From an uncultured Ruminococcus sp. (lineage in GTDB: Bacteria > Bacillota > Clostridia > Oscillospirales > CAG-382): DNA of 64,000 bases. Both the position numbers and the translations under genes were made by a program. The DNA is taken from contig CAZASH010000001.1 in the NCBI GenBank assembly GCA_964487775.1, forward strand, positions 403,565 through 467,564. Reading direction: 5' to 3'. Shown here piece after piece: positions 1-9,628 of this stretch. The notes under the pieces are model-generated. The model was not told the origin of the DNA. It saw only the letters and a program-made list of their open reading frames with translations, and searched no databases. How positions within the stretch are numbered: the first letter of the stretch is position 1; the number at the start of each line of letters is the position of its first letter.

Positions 1-3000
1 TCGGCGAAAGCAAAGAAAAGCTGATGAGAGCTATAGAATTATGCGATGACGAGATAAAAAGCACAGATCTCGGCATATTTTATGACCACAAAAAGCATCT
101 CTTCAGCCTCGGCATAAGCGCACTGACCGATAAGCCCGATATGTCGTGCTATGATCTTTATATGAGCGAATTCAGGCTGACGGCATATGCCGCAGTCGCG
201 TTCGGATTTTGTGACAAACGCTCGTGGCAAAGGCTCGGCAGAATGTGCACCACGCAAAACGGATATATCGGAATGCTTAGCTGGTCGGGCACGGCGTTTG
301 AATATTTTTTGCCGTCGCTGTTTCTGCCTGAATACAAAAACTCGTTTTTGTCAGAATCGCTGTCGTTTGCGTTTATGATGCAGCGCTCAAAGGCAAAAAA
401 CAAAATGTTCGGCATTTCAGAGAGCGGATATTATGCCTTTGACTCGGCGATGAACTATGCGTACAAGGCGCACGGAATACAGGAGGTCGCACTCTGCACC
501 TACCAAAGCGGCGGCTTTGTATATGCTCCGTATGCGGCATATCTCATGCTGTGCACCAAAGAGCAAAGCGTTATAGGTGCTCTGAAGGCGTTCGCCGGCA
601 ACGGCATGAAGGGCGAATACGGACTTTATGAGGCGAACGATTATATTGCTGAGAAAGACGATGGGCTCATCGTGCGCAGCTTTATGTCGCACCACGTCGG
701 CATGAGCATCATAGCCTGCGCAAACGCCTGCAGGGACGATATATTTATAAAGCGGTTTGTTTCGGATCACCATATATCCTCGTCACTCGAATTGCTCAAG
801 GAGCGTGTGCCGCCATGCATTGCCATCTACGACCGCAATTCGTCGGTGATAACGAGGCTGTCCGATAACAAGCTGTTTAAGCCGACGCCGACAGGCAATT
901 TCTCGTTGTCAGAGCCCGAATTTGCATTGCTGAGCGGCAACGGAGTGTCGGCGATCTGCTCATCGTCGGGGCATGTGAGAATGCTGTTCGGCAAAAGCAT
1001 GCTGAACATCTGCGATTTTAACAGGTATGAGCTTTTGCCCTCGGTAGTGATACGCTTTTGCGACCAGAGCGGCTGCTTTGGCTGTGCGCCGCTTCACGGC
1101 GAGGGCAATTACAGCGGCGAGCTTGGCACTAAATATGTGTCGCAGATCAACTCGTCACAGGCATTCACAGGCAAGACCGTAATCAGAGCAGGCAGAGCAC
1201 GCCCCGGATTCTTTTTTGAGACCTCTGCCGACAACCGCAAAAAATACAGCATCACGCTTTGCTTTGAGCCGAGCCTCGACAAAATGCGTGATTTCGACTC
1301 GCACCCCGCCTATTCAAGGCTGTTCGTCGAGGGCTATTATGATGCCGAACAGAACGCACTGATATTCAAGCGAAGGTCTGCAAAGGGGGTTCAATATCTC
1401 GTCGCTGCGATACGTGACAAGCATATCGCCTTTGAATTTACCACGTCGAAGGAGTGCATAAACGCAAACGGTCTGTCAACAGTTTCCGACATCGACTCGA
1501 TAATTCCCGACAGCAGAGTCGGCGCCTGCATTTCTCCGCTTTGCCTGATACGCACCACCCCTATCAGAGGCGGCAAGACCTGTTTTATCGTGACGGCAGG
1601 CGAAACACTTGAGGCAGCGCTCTCGAACCTCGCATTTTTGAGGATCGAGGCAAAATGCTCTGCCGCAAACGAGCCGACAGGTGACATAATGTCATTCTGT
1701 CTCAGAAAATGCTGTATGCCAAGGCAGATAAAAGCATTCGCAAAGCTCCCCAAAGCAGACATTTCGGCGCTGTGGCAGCACGGCATAAGCGGCGACAGGA
1801 GGCTGATATTGCTCGAGGCGTTTCCGCACACCGAAAAAGCGCTGTCAGATTGGATAGCCGCCTACGCCGCCATGATACGCGGATTTCTGGAGATCGATCT
1901 GGCGATATGCATCGACGAGAGCGATAACTATAACAGACCTCTCGAAAAATTCATACGCCGACTGTGCGTTTCAAACGGGCTCGAAGGGTATATAAACAGC
2001 GGAATATTCTTGCCCGGCAGTATGACCGACGAGCTTAAAATGCTTGCCGACATACACGTCAACCTGTCAAAATGCGCATTGCCTGTCGAGGACGGCACGA
2101 GCATAGCATCAGTGCCGCACATCAGGAGATCTGCAGGCGACGATATCAAAAGCGATGTATCTTTTGCTTTGCCGACAGCCGAGGGAGGGTTTACCGAAGA
2201 CGCATATGTCATAGACACGACTACTGCTCCGCCGCTCCCGCGAACTCTCGTTTTGGCAAACAAAAACGGCTTTGGCGCTGTTATAACGCATTCGTCGCTC
2301 GGCTACACCTTTGACGGCAACGCAAGAGAAAAGCGAATAACCTATCATTCCTGCGATCCTCACAGCGGTTTGAACGGAGAAATTCTCATCTGCCGCATAG
2401 GTTCTGAATACTATGACCTCTGCGCATGTGCAAAAAGAGTTTCGTTTTTTGCCGCACACGCCGCATACGAGGGCAGCTTGTTCGGATACGCCTATAAAGT
2501 GACTGTCGTGATCGACAGCGAGATAAACGCCAAGATAATCGACGTGCACTTTGACGACACAAACAAATTCGAGGTCGCTTTGTCGCTGCTCCCCTGCTCA
2601 CCCGACGGCATAAGCCAAAACACAAATACGGCGGCAGCAAAGGACGAGTGCGGATTTTGGTTTGAAAATATACCGTCAAGACGAGCTCAAAATGCTGTGT
2701 TCGTAGGCGCTGACAATGCAAGGCTTGATACAGACCTCGCACATTTTATGATTGGCGAGCGTGGTGCAAGCGACAGGCTTATTGTTTCACACACCTCGAG
2801 CACTCGCTTTATCATCGCCTCTGCTGATCAAAAAGAACTGTCTGCACTGCGCAAAAAAAGCACCGATGCCATATGCCTTGCAGCAGATATTGCCGCAACA
2901 GAGTTTATTCCGAATATTAAAGCGAAGCTGCAATCAAAAACGCTGACTGCGCTGATGGGAATACTGCCGATACAAACAGGCGTATGCAGGCTTTTGGCGC

Positions 3001-4316
3001 GTGCATCGTTCTGGCAGGCAGGCGGCGCATACGGCTTCAGAGATCAGCTTCAGGACTGCATGATGCTCGCATATTCGGTACCCGAAAAGGCAAAAAATCA
3101 CATCCTGAGCGCCGCTTCGCATCAATATATCGAGGGCGACGTAATGCACTGGTGGCACGAGGGCATAGGCGGAGTGCGCACAAAATGCTCTGACGATATG
3201 CTGTGGCTGCCTATTGCGACAGGCGAATATATCCGCATAACAGGCGACGAAGCGATATTGGATGAAAGAATATGCTTTTTATCGTCAGAACCGCTCGGCA
3301 ATAAAAAAGAGCGCTATGAAGCGCCGGATAAAACCAAAGAAAGCTTCTCTTTGAGAGAGCATTGCCTGAGAGCGCTCGATGTAACAGAAACAGGCACGCA
3401 CGGGCTTGCACTGATGGGCTCGTGCGACTGGAACGATGCTTTCTCTGAAATGCTGGGCGAAAGTATGCTGACGACGTTTATCTATATCGTCGCCGCAAAA
3501 GCGTTCCTGCCGTTTGCAGGCGAAAGCGCAGGCAGAATATCAGCACGTGCCGCAGAAATGCTGCAAAGCACCGAAAGGCATTACAGCGACGGCAGATATA
3601 TCAGGGCGATCGCAGGCGACGGCAAAATATACGGCAAAAAAGGCAGCGACGAGTGCGCGATAGATGCCGCAGTACAGGCGTTTGCGGTGTTTGCAGGGGC
3701 AAAAAACGGCAGGAATGCTGTCGAGAACGCCTATAATCTGCTGGCAGAGGACGGCGTTCTCAAGCTGCTTTCGCCGCCGTTTGACAACGGCAGGTCACCT
3801 GCAGGTGTGATAAGGCGCTATCCGCCCGGAATACGCGAAAACGGCGGTCAATATACCCACGCGGCAGTATGGCTTGCGATAGCGGCGTTCGAGTCGGGGC
3901 TCTGCGAGATAGGAAAAAGAATAACTAAAATGCTTGACCCCATATCAAAGAACCTCACAAAAAGCGATATGCAGCGCTACAAGGGCGAGCCGTATGTGCT
4001 CTCGGCAGACATCTACACCGCAGTAAACGCCTTCGGCAGAGCAGGCTGGAGCTGGTATACAGGCTCGGCAGGCTGGTATTATAAGCTGCTGCTCGAGCAT
4101 TATATGGGCATAAAGCTATGCGGCGACACGATAGATGTCGTGCCCAACACGGATTTTTCATGCGTAATCACAAAAGGCGAATGCACTCTTGAAATAATCG
4201 CCTCGGATAGCGCAGACGGCATCTTTCTCGATGGCGAAAGCATTTGTCTGCCCATAAAACTGCAAAAGGGCAAGCACACGCTGACACTCAAAGCGCCAAA
4301 ACAAACGCAAATATGA
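1..4316 (+). CDS. GH94-family glycoside phosphorylase / cyclic beta-1,2-glucan synthase-like protein, C-terminal >1430 aa; 5' end runs off the window
   Basis: The reading frame is open from position 3, with no stop upstream of the ATG at 24. The N-terminal part resembles the glucoamylase-like (alpha/alpha)6 domain of Cgs/ChvB (FGISESGYYAFDSAMNYAYKAHG). The C-terminal part carries GH94 motifs: GFRDQLQD, GSCDWNDA (catalytic DWND) and RENGGQYTHAAVW. Confidence 0.8.
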   Translation, partial: GESKEKLMRAIELCDDEIKSTDLGIFYDHKKHLFSLGISALTDKPDMSCYDLYMSEFRLTAYAAVAFGFCDKRSWQRLGRMCTTQNGYIGMLSWSGTAFEYFLPSLFLPEYKNSFLSESLSFAFMMQRSKAKNKMFGISESGYYAFDSAMNYAYKAHGIQEVALCTYQSGGFVYAPYAAYLMLCTKEQSVIGALKAFAGNGMKGEYGLYEANDYIAEKDDGLIVRSFMSHHVGMSIIACANACRDDIFIKRFVSDHHISSSLELLKERVPPCIAIYDRNSSVITRLSDNKLFKPTPTGNFSLSEPEFALLSGNGVSAICSSSGHVRMLFGKSMLNICDFNRYELLPSVVIRFCDQSGCFGCAPLHGEGNYSGELGTKYVSQINSSQAFTGKTVIRAGRARPGFFFETSADNRKKYSITLCFEPSLDKMRDFDSHPAYSRLFVEGYYDAEQNALIFKRRSAKGVQYLVAAIRDKHIAFEFTTSKECINANGLSTVSDIDSIIPDSRVGACISPLCLIRTTPIRGGKTCFIVTAGETLEAALSNLAFLRIEAKCSAANEPTGDIMSFCLRKCCMPRQIKAFAKLPKADISALWQHGISGDRRLILLEAFPHTEKALSDWIAAYAAMIRGFLEIDLAICIDESDNYNRPLEKFIRRLCVSNGLEGYINSGIFLPGSMTDELKMLADIHVNLSKCALPVEDGTSIASVPHIRRSAGDDIKSDVSFALPTAEGGFTEDAYVIDTTTAPPLPRTLVLANKNGFGAVITHSSLGYTFDGNAREKRITYHSCDPHSGLNGEILICRIGSEYYDLCACAKRVSFFAAHAAYEGSLFGYAYKVTVVIDSEINAKIIDVHFDDTNKFEVALSLLPCSPDGISQNTNTAAAKDECGFWFENIPSRRAQNAVFVGADNARLDTDLAHFMIGERGASDRLIVSHTSSTRFIIASADQKELSALRKKSTDAICLAADIAATEFIPNIKAKLQSKTLTALMGILPIQTGVCRLLARASFWQAGGAYGFRDQLQDCMMLAYSVPEKAKNHILSAASHQYIEGDVMHWWHEGIGGVRTKCSDDMLWLPIATGEYIRITGDEAILDERICFLSSEPLGNKKERYEAPDKTKESFSLREHCLRALDVTETGTHGLALMGSCDWNDAFSEMLGESMLTTFIYIVAAKAFLPFAGESAGRISARAAEMLQSTERHYSDGRYIRAIAGDGKIYGKKGSDECAIDAAVQAFAVFAGAKNGRNAVENAYNLLAEDGVLKLLSPPFDNGRSPAGVIRRYPPGIRENGGQYTHAAVWLAIAAFESGLCEIGKRITKMLDPISKNLTKSDMQRYKGEPYVLSADIYTAVNAFGRAGWSWYTGSAGWYYKLLLEHYMGIKLCGDTIDVVPNTDFSCVITKGECTLEIIASDSADGIFLDGESICLPIKLQKGKHTLTLKAPKQTQI

Positions 4317-4318
4317 TA

Positions 4319-4346
4319 AAAAGAGAGCCGCAAAAGCTCTCTTTTT
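4319..4346. terminator. Bidirectional intrinsic terminator between convergent genes
   Basis: Hairpin aaaagagagc-cgcaaaa-gctctctttt with A/T runs on both sides. It starts 3 nt after the stop at 4316. Confidence 0.7.
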
Positions 4347-4360
4347 ACATTAATAACCAA

Positions 4361-5110
4361 TTATTCGGCGTCCATTATCTGTCTGAGATACTTGGCGCTG
4401 TCGGATATGGTCTGGCTGCCGATGCTCTGACCCTTTTCGATCTCGATGATGACCCACTCGCAGTTCTCTTTTTTAGAGCGAGCGATGACTCTGTGCCAAT
4501 CGACATCGTCTGTGCCGATGCAAAGGTCCTGGTCACCGTCTGCCCTAAAGGGCTTTGCATGGAACGTAGCGGATTTCTGCGCAAACATCTCATAGACCTC
4601 GACGCCGTCTCTGCCGCCGCCAAAGCAGTTGCCGATGTCGCACTGCATGATAAAGTCGTCGGGGGTCTGCTCGCCTGTCATCTTCCAGCCGAAAGAGCCG
4701 TTGTCAAGCTCTGCAACATCGAATTTGTGCAGGTGGAAGCCGAATCTAAAGCCCTCGGCACGCAATGTGGGCGCTATTGCATTGAATCTGTCGATAACTG
4801 TCTGCCAGCCTGCAGAATCCATCTGCGGCATCCAGGGCACGATGATATACTTGTTGCCGAGGCGGCGCATATAATCGAGCGTCGAGCAAAGGCGATCGTC
4901 AGACAAAGCCTCATAGGGTGTGTGATAGCCGCATATTTCTAAGCCGACCACTTCGCACGCCTCACGCAGCTCCTCGGGGGTGTGACTTTCGAGTGCGCCG
5001 AAAAACTCAACGCCGTCAAAGCCCATCTCCTTGACAGAGGCTATTGCAGCCTTATAATCCGCTGCATAGTCGTCACGTATAGAATAGATCTGTAATCCAA
5101 GTTTTGCCAT
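4361..5110 (-). CDS. Sugar phosphate isomerase/epimerase (xylose isomerase-like TIM barrel)
   Basis: 249-aa ORF with an N-terminus typical of the family (MAKLGLQIYSIRDDY...MGFDGVEFFG). A GGAG-type RBS lies upstream. Confidence 0.75.
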   Translation of the reverse strand: MAKLGLQIYSIRDDYAADYKAAIASVKEMGFDGVEFFGALESHTPEELREACEVVGLEICGYHTPYEALSDDRLCSTLDYMRRLGNKYIIVPWMPQMDSAGWQTVIDRFNAIAPTLRAEGFRFGFHLHKFDVAELDNGSFGWKMTGEQTPDDFIMQCDIGNCFGGGRDGVEVYEMFAQKSATFHAKPFRADGDQDLCIGTDDVDWHRVIARSKKENCEWVIIEIEKGQSIGSQTISDSAKYLRQIMDAE

Positions 5111-5158
5111 GATAAAGCTCCTCTTTTTTATTTTTTAATATGTTTTTGTGCCTTTTAA

Positions 5159-5977
5159 TTATATGCAAACAATATTTCGGGGTGCGGCTACGCAAAGATC
5201 GACGTCGCCCTCTCCGTTCTCAATGACGGTATAGCCGTATTCAGCCAAGGCGCTCTTCGCCGAGGCATAGGCAAGCTCGGGCGTGTTGTTCTCTTCGCTG
5301 AGATGTGCGAGCATAATATGCCTTGCGCCGTTCTTGACAAGGTAGGGCAGCATTTTTGTTATGCCCTGGTTTGCCAAATGCCCTCCGTTGCCGGATATTC
5401 TGCGCTTTAGGCTATCGGGATAAGCGCCCGACATCAGACGCGGCAGGTCGTGGTTTGACTCGACGACGACATATTGGCAGCCGTCAAGTATCGCTACGAC
5501 ATTTTTGGTAATGTGACCTATATCGGTGGCATAGCCGAGGCATTCGCCGCTCGGGAACTGCACGCGATATCCGACGCTGTCCAAAGAATCATGCGGCGTC
5601 CTGTATGGCGTGACAGTCATTCCGCCGACCTCTATGCTTTGACCGTCTGTTATCGGCACGAGATTGCGAGAGGCGGACGGGCAGGAATATAATATATCGT
5701 CAATACAACCCGAAGGGACATATACGGGCAGGTCAAGCTTTTTCATCAAGACCTCGAGTCCGCAGATATGGTCTGTATGCTCGTGAGTTATAAATATCGC
5801 ATTAAGAGTGCCGATGGGACAGCCTATATCGGCAAGCGAGTCCTTGATGCGCTTTGCCGAAATGCCTGCATCGATGAGTATTGTGTGCTCGCCGTATCTG
5901 ACACACGCGCTATTGCCGCGTGACGACGAGGCGAGCATACAGATCTGCGGCTTTATCGCCTCACTGACGGCATTCAT
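5159..5977 (-). CDS. MBL-fold metallo-hydrolase
   Basis: HxHxDH motif (ITHEHTDHICG). I chose the ATG at 5977 because it is preceded by ggagaaaaaatat. It overlaps the upstream gene's stop by 17 nt. Confidence 0.8.
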   Translation of the reverse strand: MNAVSEAIKPQICMLASSSRGNSACVRYGEHTILIDAGISAKRIKDSLADIGCPIGTLNAIFITHEHTDHICGLEVLMKKLDLPVYVPSGCIDDILYSCPSASRNLVPITDGQSIEVGGMTVTPYRTPHDSLDSVGYRVQFPSGECLGYATDIGHITKNVVAILDGCQYVVVESNHDLPRLMSGAYPDSLKRRISGNGGHLANQGITKMLPYLVKNGARHIMLAHLSEENNTPELAYASAKSALAEYGYTVIENGEGDVDLCVAAPRNIVCI

Positions 5978-7247
5978 ATATTTTTTCTCCGTCGAAGGCG
6001 ACCGCACCGTAGGGTCTTATGTTGAGCTCGGCGCAAGAGCCGACGCCAAAGATCTTTTCGACAGCGTTTTTATATTCAGCGCATTTTTCATGAGGGACGT
6101 ACGCCTGTATGGTGCCTGCAAAGCCACCGCCGTGAACACGGCAGACGAAGCCCATTCGCTCTGTCAGGCAAAGTGCAAGCGCAAGCGCCTGCTCGGTCGG
6201 AGTTGCAGGGGTATAAACGTTTTGCAGATATTTATAGGAAGAATCGCCCGACTGCTTTACGAGTGCCATAAAGCCCTCGGTATCGCCGCTCTTGATGCAT
6301 TCAAGCTGCGAAAGCACACGTTTGTTTTCGGCAAAAAAGTGCAGTGCTCTCATAATGGCTCTGTCGCCGACGAGTCCGCGCATATACGGAATGCGTGCCA
6401 TAAACGCTTCTTCGTCGCATTCTCTAAGCGTTTCTTTGCCCAAAAGTGCGGCGCACGCTTTCATTTCGGCAGGGACAGACGCATAATCATCTGTCAGATC
6501 CGCATGGCTTGCTCCGACATTGACGATGAACATCGACCTGTCGCCTATATCGAGCTGATGGCGCTCGCAGACAGGGTGCTCGGTCGATCTGAAATCTATA
6601 AACAGCAATCCGCCGTGTGCACACGCCGCCTGATCCATAAGTCCGCAGGGCTTGCCGAAAAAGACGTTCTCGGCATACTTGCCTGCGATGGCAAGCGTCA
6701 TCGGGGATATTTGCATGTCGTTATAATAATAGTTGAGCACGTTTGCGACCGTGACCTCAAATGCGGCAGAGCTCGACAAGCCGGAGCCCGATGCAACATT
6801 GCTGGTGGTGCAGGCGCAGAAGCCGCCTGCCTTATAGCCGTTTTTGATAAAATAATCCGCTACGCCTGCGATGATGGCGGCAGAGGAATTCTTGCGCACC
6901 TTTTTGGGCGAGATCTCGCTTATCACGACAGAATCCTCACGATAGCCCTCGCTCTTTATGCGCATACAGCCGTCGTCGGTCTTTGCGGCAATGGCAAGAA
7001 TGTCGATATCGACAGAAGCGGCGAGCACACAGCCGTTGTTGTGGTCCGTGTGGTTGCCGGATATTTCGCTGCGACCCGGCACTGATATAAATGTTGCGTC
7101 AAGATCGCCGTAAAGCTCTTTAAAAGACTCGCAAAGCGATATGCAGCGCTTTTGCGCTTCGGCAAGCTGCGATTCGCCGTAAAGCCTGGTAAGTGCGGTG
7201 TTGTACCCGCCGTTTGAAATTATTGATAATATCTCGCTGACTCTCAT
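5961..7247 (-). CDS. galK: Galactokinase-family GHMP sugar kinase
   Basis: Galactokinase signature variant GRSEISGNHTDHNNG and GHMP ATP motif ASGSGLSSSAAFEV; 428 aa. Confidence 0.75.
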   Translation of the reverse strand: MRVSEILSIISNGGYNTALTRLYGESQLAEAQKRCISLCESFKELYGDLDATFISVPGRSEISGNHTDHNNGCVLAASVDIDILAIAAKTDDGCMRIKSEGYREDSVVISEISPKKVRKNSSAAIIAGVADYFIKNGYKAGGFCACTTSNVASGSGLSSSAAFEVTVANVLNYYYNDMQISPMTLAIAGKYAENVFFGKPCGLMDQAACAHGGLLFIDFRSTEHPVCERHQLDIGDRSMFIVNVGASHADLTDDYASVPAEMKACAALLGKETLRECDEEAFMARIPYMRGLVGDRAIMRALHFFAENKRVLSQLECIKSGDTEGFMALVKQSGDSSYKYLQNVYTPATPTEQALALALCLTERMGFVCRVHGGGFAGTIQAYVPHEKCAEYKNAVEKIFGVGSCAELNIRPYGAVAFDGEKIYECRQ

Positions 7248-7309
7248 AAAACACTATCCTTCTCGGTTGATAGATATATCATACCACTTTTATTTGCAAA
7301 AATAAAGAG

Positions 7310-8380
7310 TTATTTTTTGACCGCAACAACAAATGTATCCCATGTCGGCAGGCAAAACGGCTTGCGTACCAGATAAAACACATATCTGCCGCAGATCTTG
7401 TGCAGATAATACGGAATGCGCCACAGATCACCTGCCCTGTGGTATACCGCCACAGACACGGTGGGATAGCAATCGCAAAGCGTGTTGACCGCTCCGCAGA
7501 GCACAGCCTGATCTGCGCCCTCGGCATCGATCTTTATCGAGCCGACATTCAAGCCGTCTGCAAACGCCATTTTGCGGTCTGCCAAAAGGTCTATCGTGAC
7601 GGCCTCTGTTAATTCGCCCTCGCCGATAGCCGACCCCCTGCCCGAACCCGATGCAAACTGTATCGTGCCGTCATGCTCTGCCGCTGCGGCGTTGACGCAT
7701 TTGATGCGCTCGTCAAAGGCGGTATTTCTTTTAAGCTGCATAAAGGTCTTTTTGTCAGGCTCGACAGCGATAATGCCCTTGCACGTGCTGTTTTTTGATG
7801 CATATTCTATCGCGGTATCACCGTCATATGCGCCGATATCGATATGAAACATATCGTGGGAATAATACTCGCCCGGCATTTCAAAATCAGACTCGCCGTA
7901 ATCAAGGCATCGCCTGTCGCCTGTTATCGAAAGCTCGAGGTTCTGCATAAATATTTCTCTCGACCTGTCGCTTTGCAAAAGGTCAAATACACGCTCTATC
8001 TCGGTGAGCTCGTTCAAAAGCATTTCTTTTGACATATGCGTATCGCCATAGAGAGAGAGATCGGGATAATATATCGTGTGACGGTTTTCGATCTGTTTAA
8101 GCATATCAAGCTCATCGCCCTCTGCGCCGAAGCACAAAACACAGTCAAAATCGTTATATTTTGCCTCTGCCTCGGCAAAGCTCATCACCTTGCTTGACAA
8201 AAACATATTGCCGCGTGCAAAGCCGTCAGAGGCAACGACACCGCAAAAATCTATGCCGTGCTGTGAAAGGGCTTTTGCCGCCTTTTCGGCACCGTTGCCC
8301 ATGCCATACAGCAAAAGCGGCTTTGTTGATGCTTTTATTCGGTCGTAAACAGTCTGCTTATCCAATAAATATTCAATCAT
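7310..8380 (-). CDS. FkbM-family methyltransferase
   Basis: HIDIGAYDGDTAIEYA (SAM-binding DxGxxxG) and IKIDAEGAD (FkbM K-x-D-x-EG-x-E block); 356 aa. Confidence 0.75.
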   Translation of the reverse strand: MIEYLLDKQTVYDRIKASTKPLLLYGMGNGAEKAAKALSQHGIDFCGVVASDGFARGNMFLSSKVMSFAEAEAKYNDFDCVLCFGAEGDELDMLKQIENRHTIYYPDLSLYGDTHMSKEMLLNELTEIERVFDLLQSDRSREIFMQNLELSITGDRRCLDYGESDFEMPGEYYSHDMFHIDIGAYDGDTAIEYASKNSTCKGIIAVEPDKKTFMQLKRNTAFDERIKCVNAAAAEHDGTIQFASGSGRGSAIGEGELTEAVTIDLLADRKMAFADGLNVGSIKIDAEGADQAVLCGAVNTLCDCYPTVSVAVYHRAGDLWRIPYYLHKICGRYVFYLVRKPFCLPTWDTFVVAVKK

Positions 8381-8460
8381 AAAACTATTGCCTTTTTTGA
8401 GTTATTCGTATATAATTAAGTCGATAAAAAACTTTGGCGCTTTCAAGGAGGGCTTGACTG

Positions 8461-9531
8461 ATGAAAAGCAGCATTACACTTGAGAAATACAGAGACAGGC
8501 TGAAGGCGGCAATGCTTTCACGCTTTGCAGGCTGCACGCTCGGTGCGCCTGTCGAGGGCTGGAGCAACAAGCAGATGCACGATTATGCAGAAGCGATAGG
8601 CTTTGCGTTCCCTCCGCGCGATTACTGGCCGATGCATCCGCAGCCTATGATGCCGAGATACAACGAGCTGTGCAGAAGCTATACAAAGCCGTTTCTGGAT
8701 CACGTTCCGAGCGACGACGACATAGGCTATACCTTCCTGTCGCTGCTCTGCGTTGAAAAATACGGCAGGAATTTCAGTCTCTATGATGTCGGCGAAAACT
8801 GGATAAAATATCTCACCATCGCCTGGACGGCAGAGGAGATCGCATTAAAGAACCTCAAAAACGGCATCCCCGCCGCAAAATGCGCAGAGATCAACAACCC
8901 CTATTCTGACTGGATAGGCGCAGACATACGCTGCGACGGATATGCATATATAAACCCGTGTGACCCTGCCGAAGCGGCACGCATGGCAGAGACCGATGCA
9001 CTCATCAGCCACAGAGGCGAGGGCGTATACGGCTCAAAGTATTTTGCAGCCGCAATTGCTGCGGCATTTGGCTGTGACGACATAAAAGAGGCGCTGACCA
9101 TTGCGCTTGACTATATTCCAAAAGAATGTGAAATGGCAAAGGCTGTCAAATTTGCATTTGAGACCGCAAAGGACGTGCATTCGCCCGAGGATGCAATAAG
9201 GCTCGTCGACGAGCGATACCCCGGCATGAGCGCCGTACACACGCTCAACAACGCAGTTCTCACCGTTTATGCGCTTTTGTGCTTTGGCGAAAGCATAACC
9301 GATATAATTTCAAACTGCGTGGCGATGGCTCACGATTGCGACTGCACCGCCGCAACAGCGGCATCTGTCGCAGGTGCGTGCTATGGGATGAAGGCGCTTG
9401 ACGAGCATTGGTACCTGCCGTTTGGCGACAGGGTCGGGTCGTATTTCAACGACGACGGCGAATATTCTGTCTCTGACCTGCTGTCGAGGTTCGAAGCACT
9501 CGCCGCAGGCGGCGGACATATCGTATCATAA
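8461..9531 (+). CDS. ADP-ribosylglycohydrolase family protein
   Basis: Motifs GCTLGAPVEG, SDDDIGYT and AHDCDCTAATAASVAGACYG match ARH-family metal-binding blocks. RBS aaggaggg lies upstream. Confidence 0.8.
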   Translation: MKSSITLEKYRDRLKAAMLSRFAGCTLGAPVEGWSNKQMHDYAEAIGFAFPPRDYWPMHPQPMMPRYNELCRSYTKPFLDHVPSDDDIGYTFLSLLCVEKYGRNFSLYDVGENWIKYLTIAWTAEEIALKNLKNGIPAAKCAEINNPYSDWIGADIRCDGYAYINPCDPAEAARMAETDALISHRGEGVYGSKYFAAAIAAAFGCDDIKEALTIALDYIPKECEMAKAVKFAFETAKDVHSPEDAIRLVDERYPGMSAVHTLNNAVLTVYALLCFGESITDIISNCVAMAHDCDCTAATAASVAGACYGMKALDEHWYLPFGDRVGSYFNDDGEYSVSDLLSRFEALAAGGGHIVS

Positions 9532-9577
9532 TTATATCACATTATATCACAAAAATCATTTAGGTGCAATAACACAA

Positions 9578-9618
9578 AAGGCTTTTCGCCTTTAATAAAC
9601 GAAAAGCCTGTTATTTTT
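9578..9618 (+). terminator. Intrinsic terminator
   Basis: aggcttttcg-(11 nt)-cgaaaagcct followed by gttatttttt. Confidence 0.7.
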
Positions 9619-9628
9619 TAAAGCTGTT

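Noticed and set aside
5808-7085. 425-aa ORF antisense to the galactokinase gene. Similar long antisense ORFs lie at 56984-58222, 58558-59823, 48119-48886, 53072-53866, 49088-49873, 21951-22835, 51673-52386 and 4244-4942.
   Set aside because: In every case the opposite strand encodes a protein with clear family motifs. The antisense translations are Arg/Cys/Ala-rich or otherwise non-protein-like and lack start-site signals.
9531-9550. Perfect tandem duplication attatatcac-attatatcac just after the ARH gene stop
   Set aside because: There are only two copies of 10 bp with no spacers or array structure. It is not a CRISPR or a recognisable regulatory element, and is probably a slippage scar.
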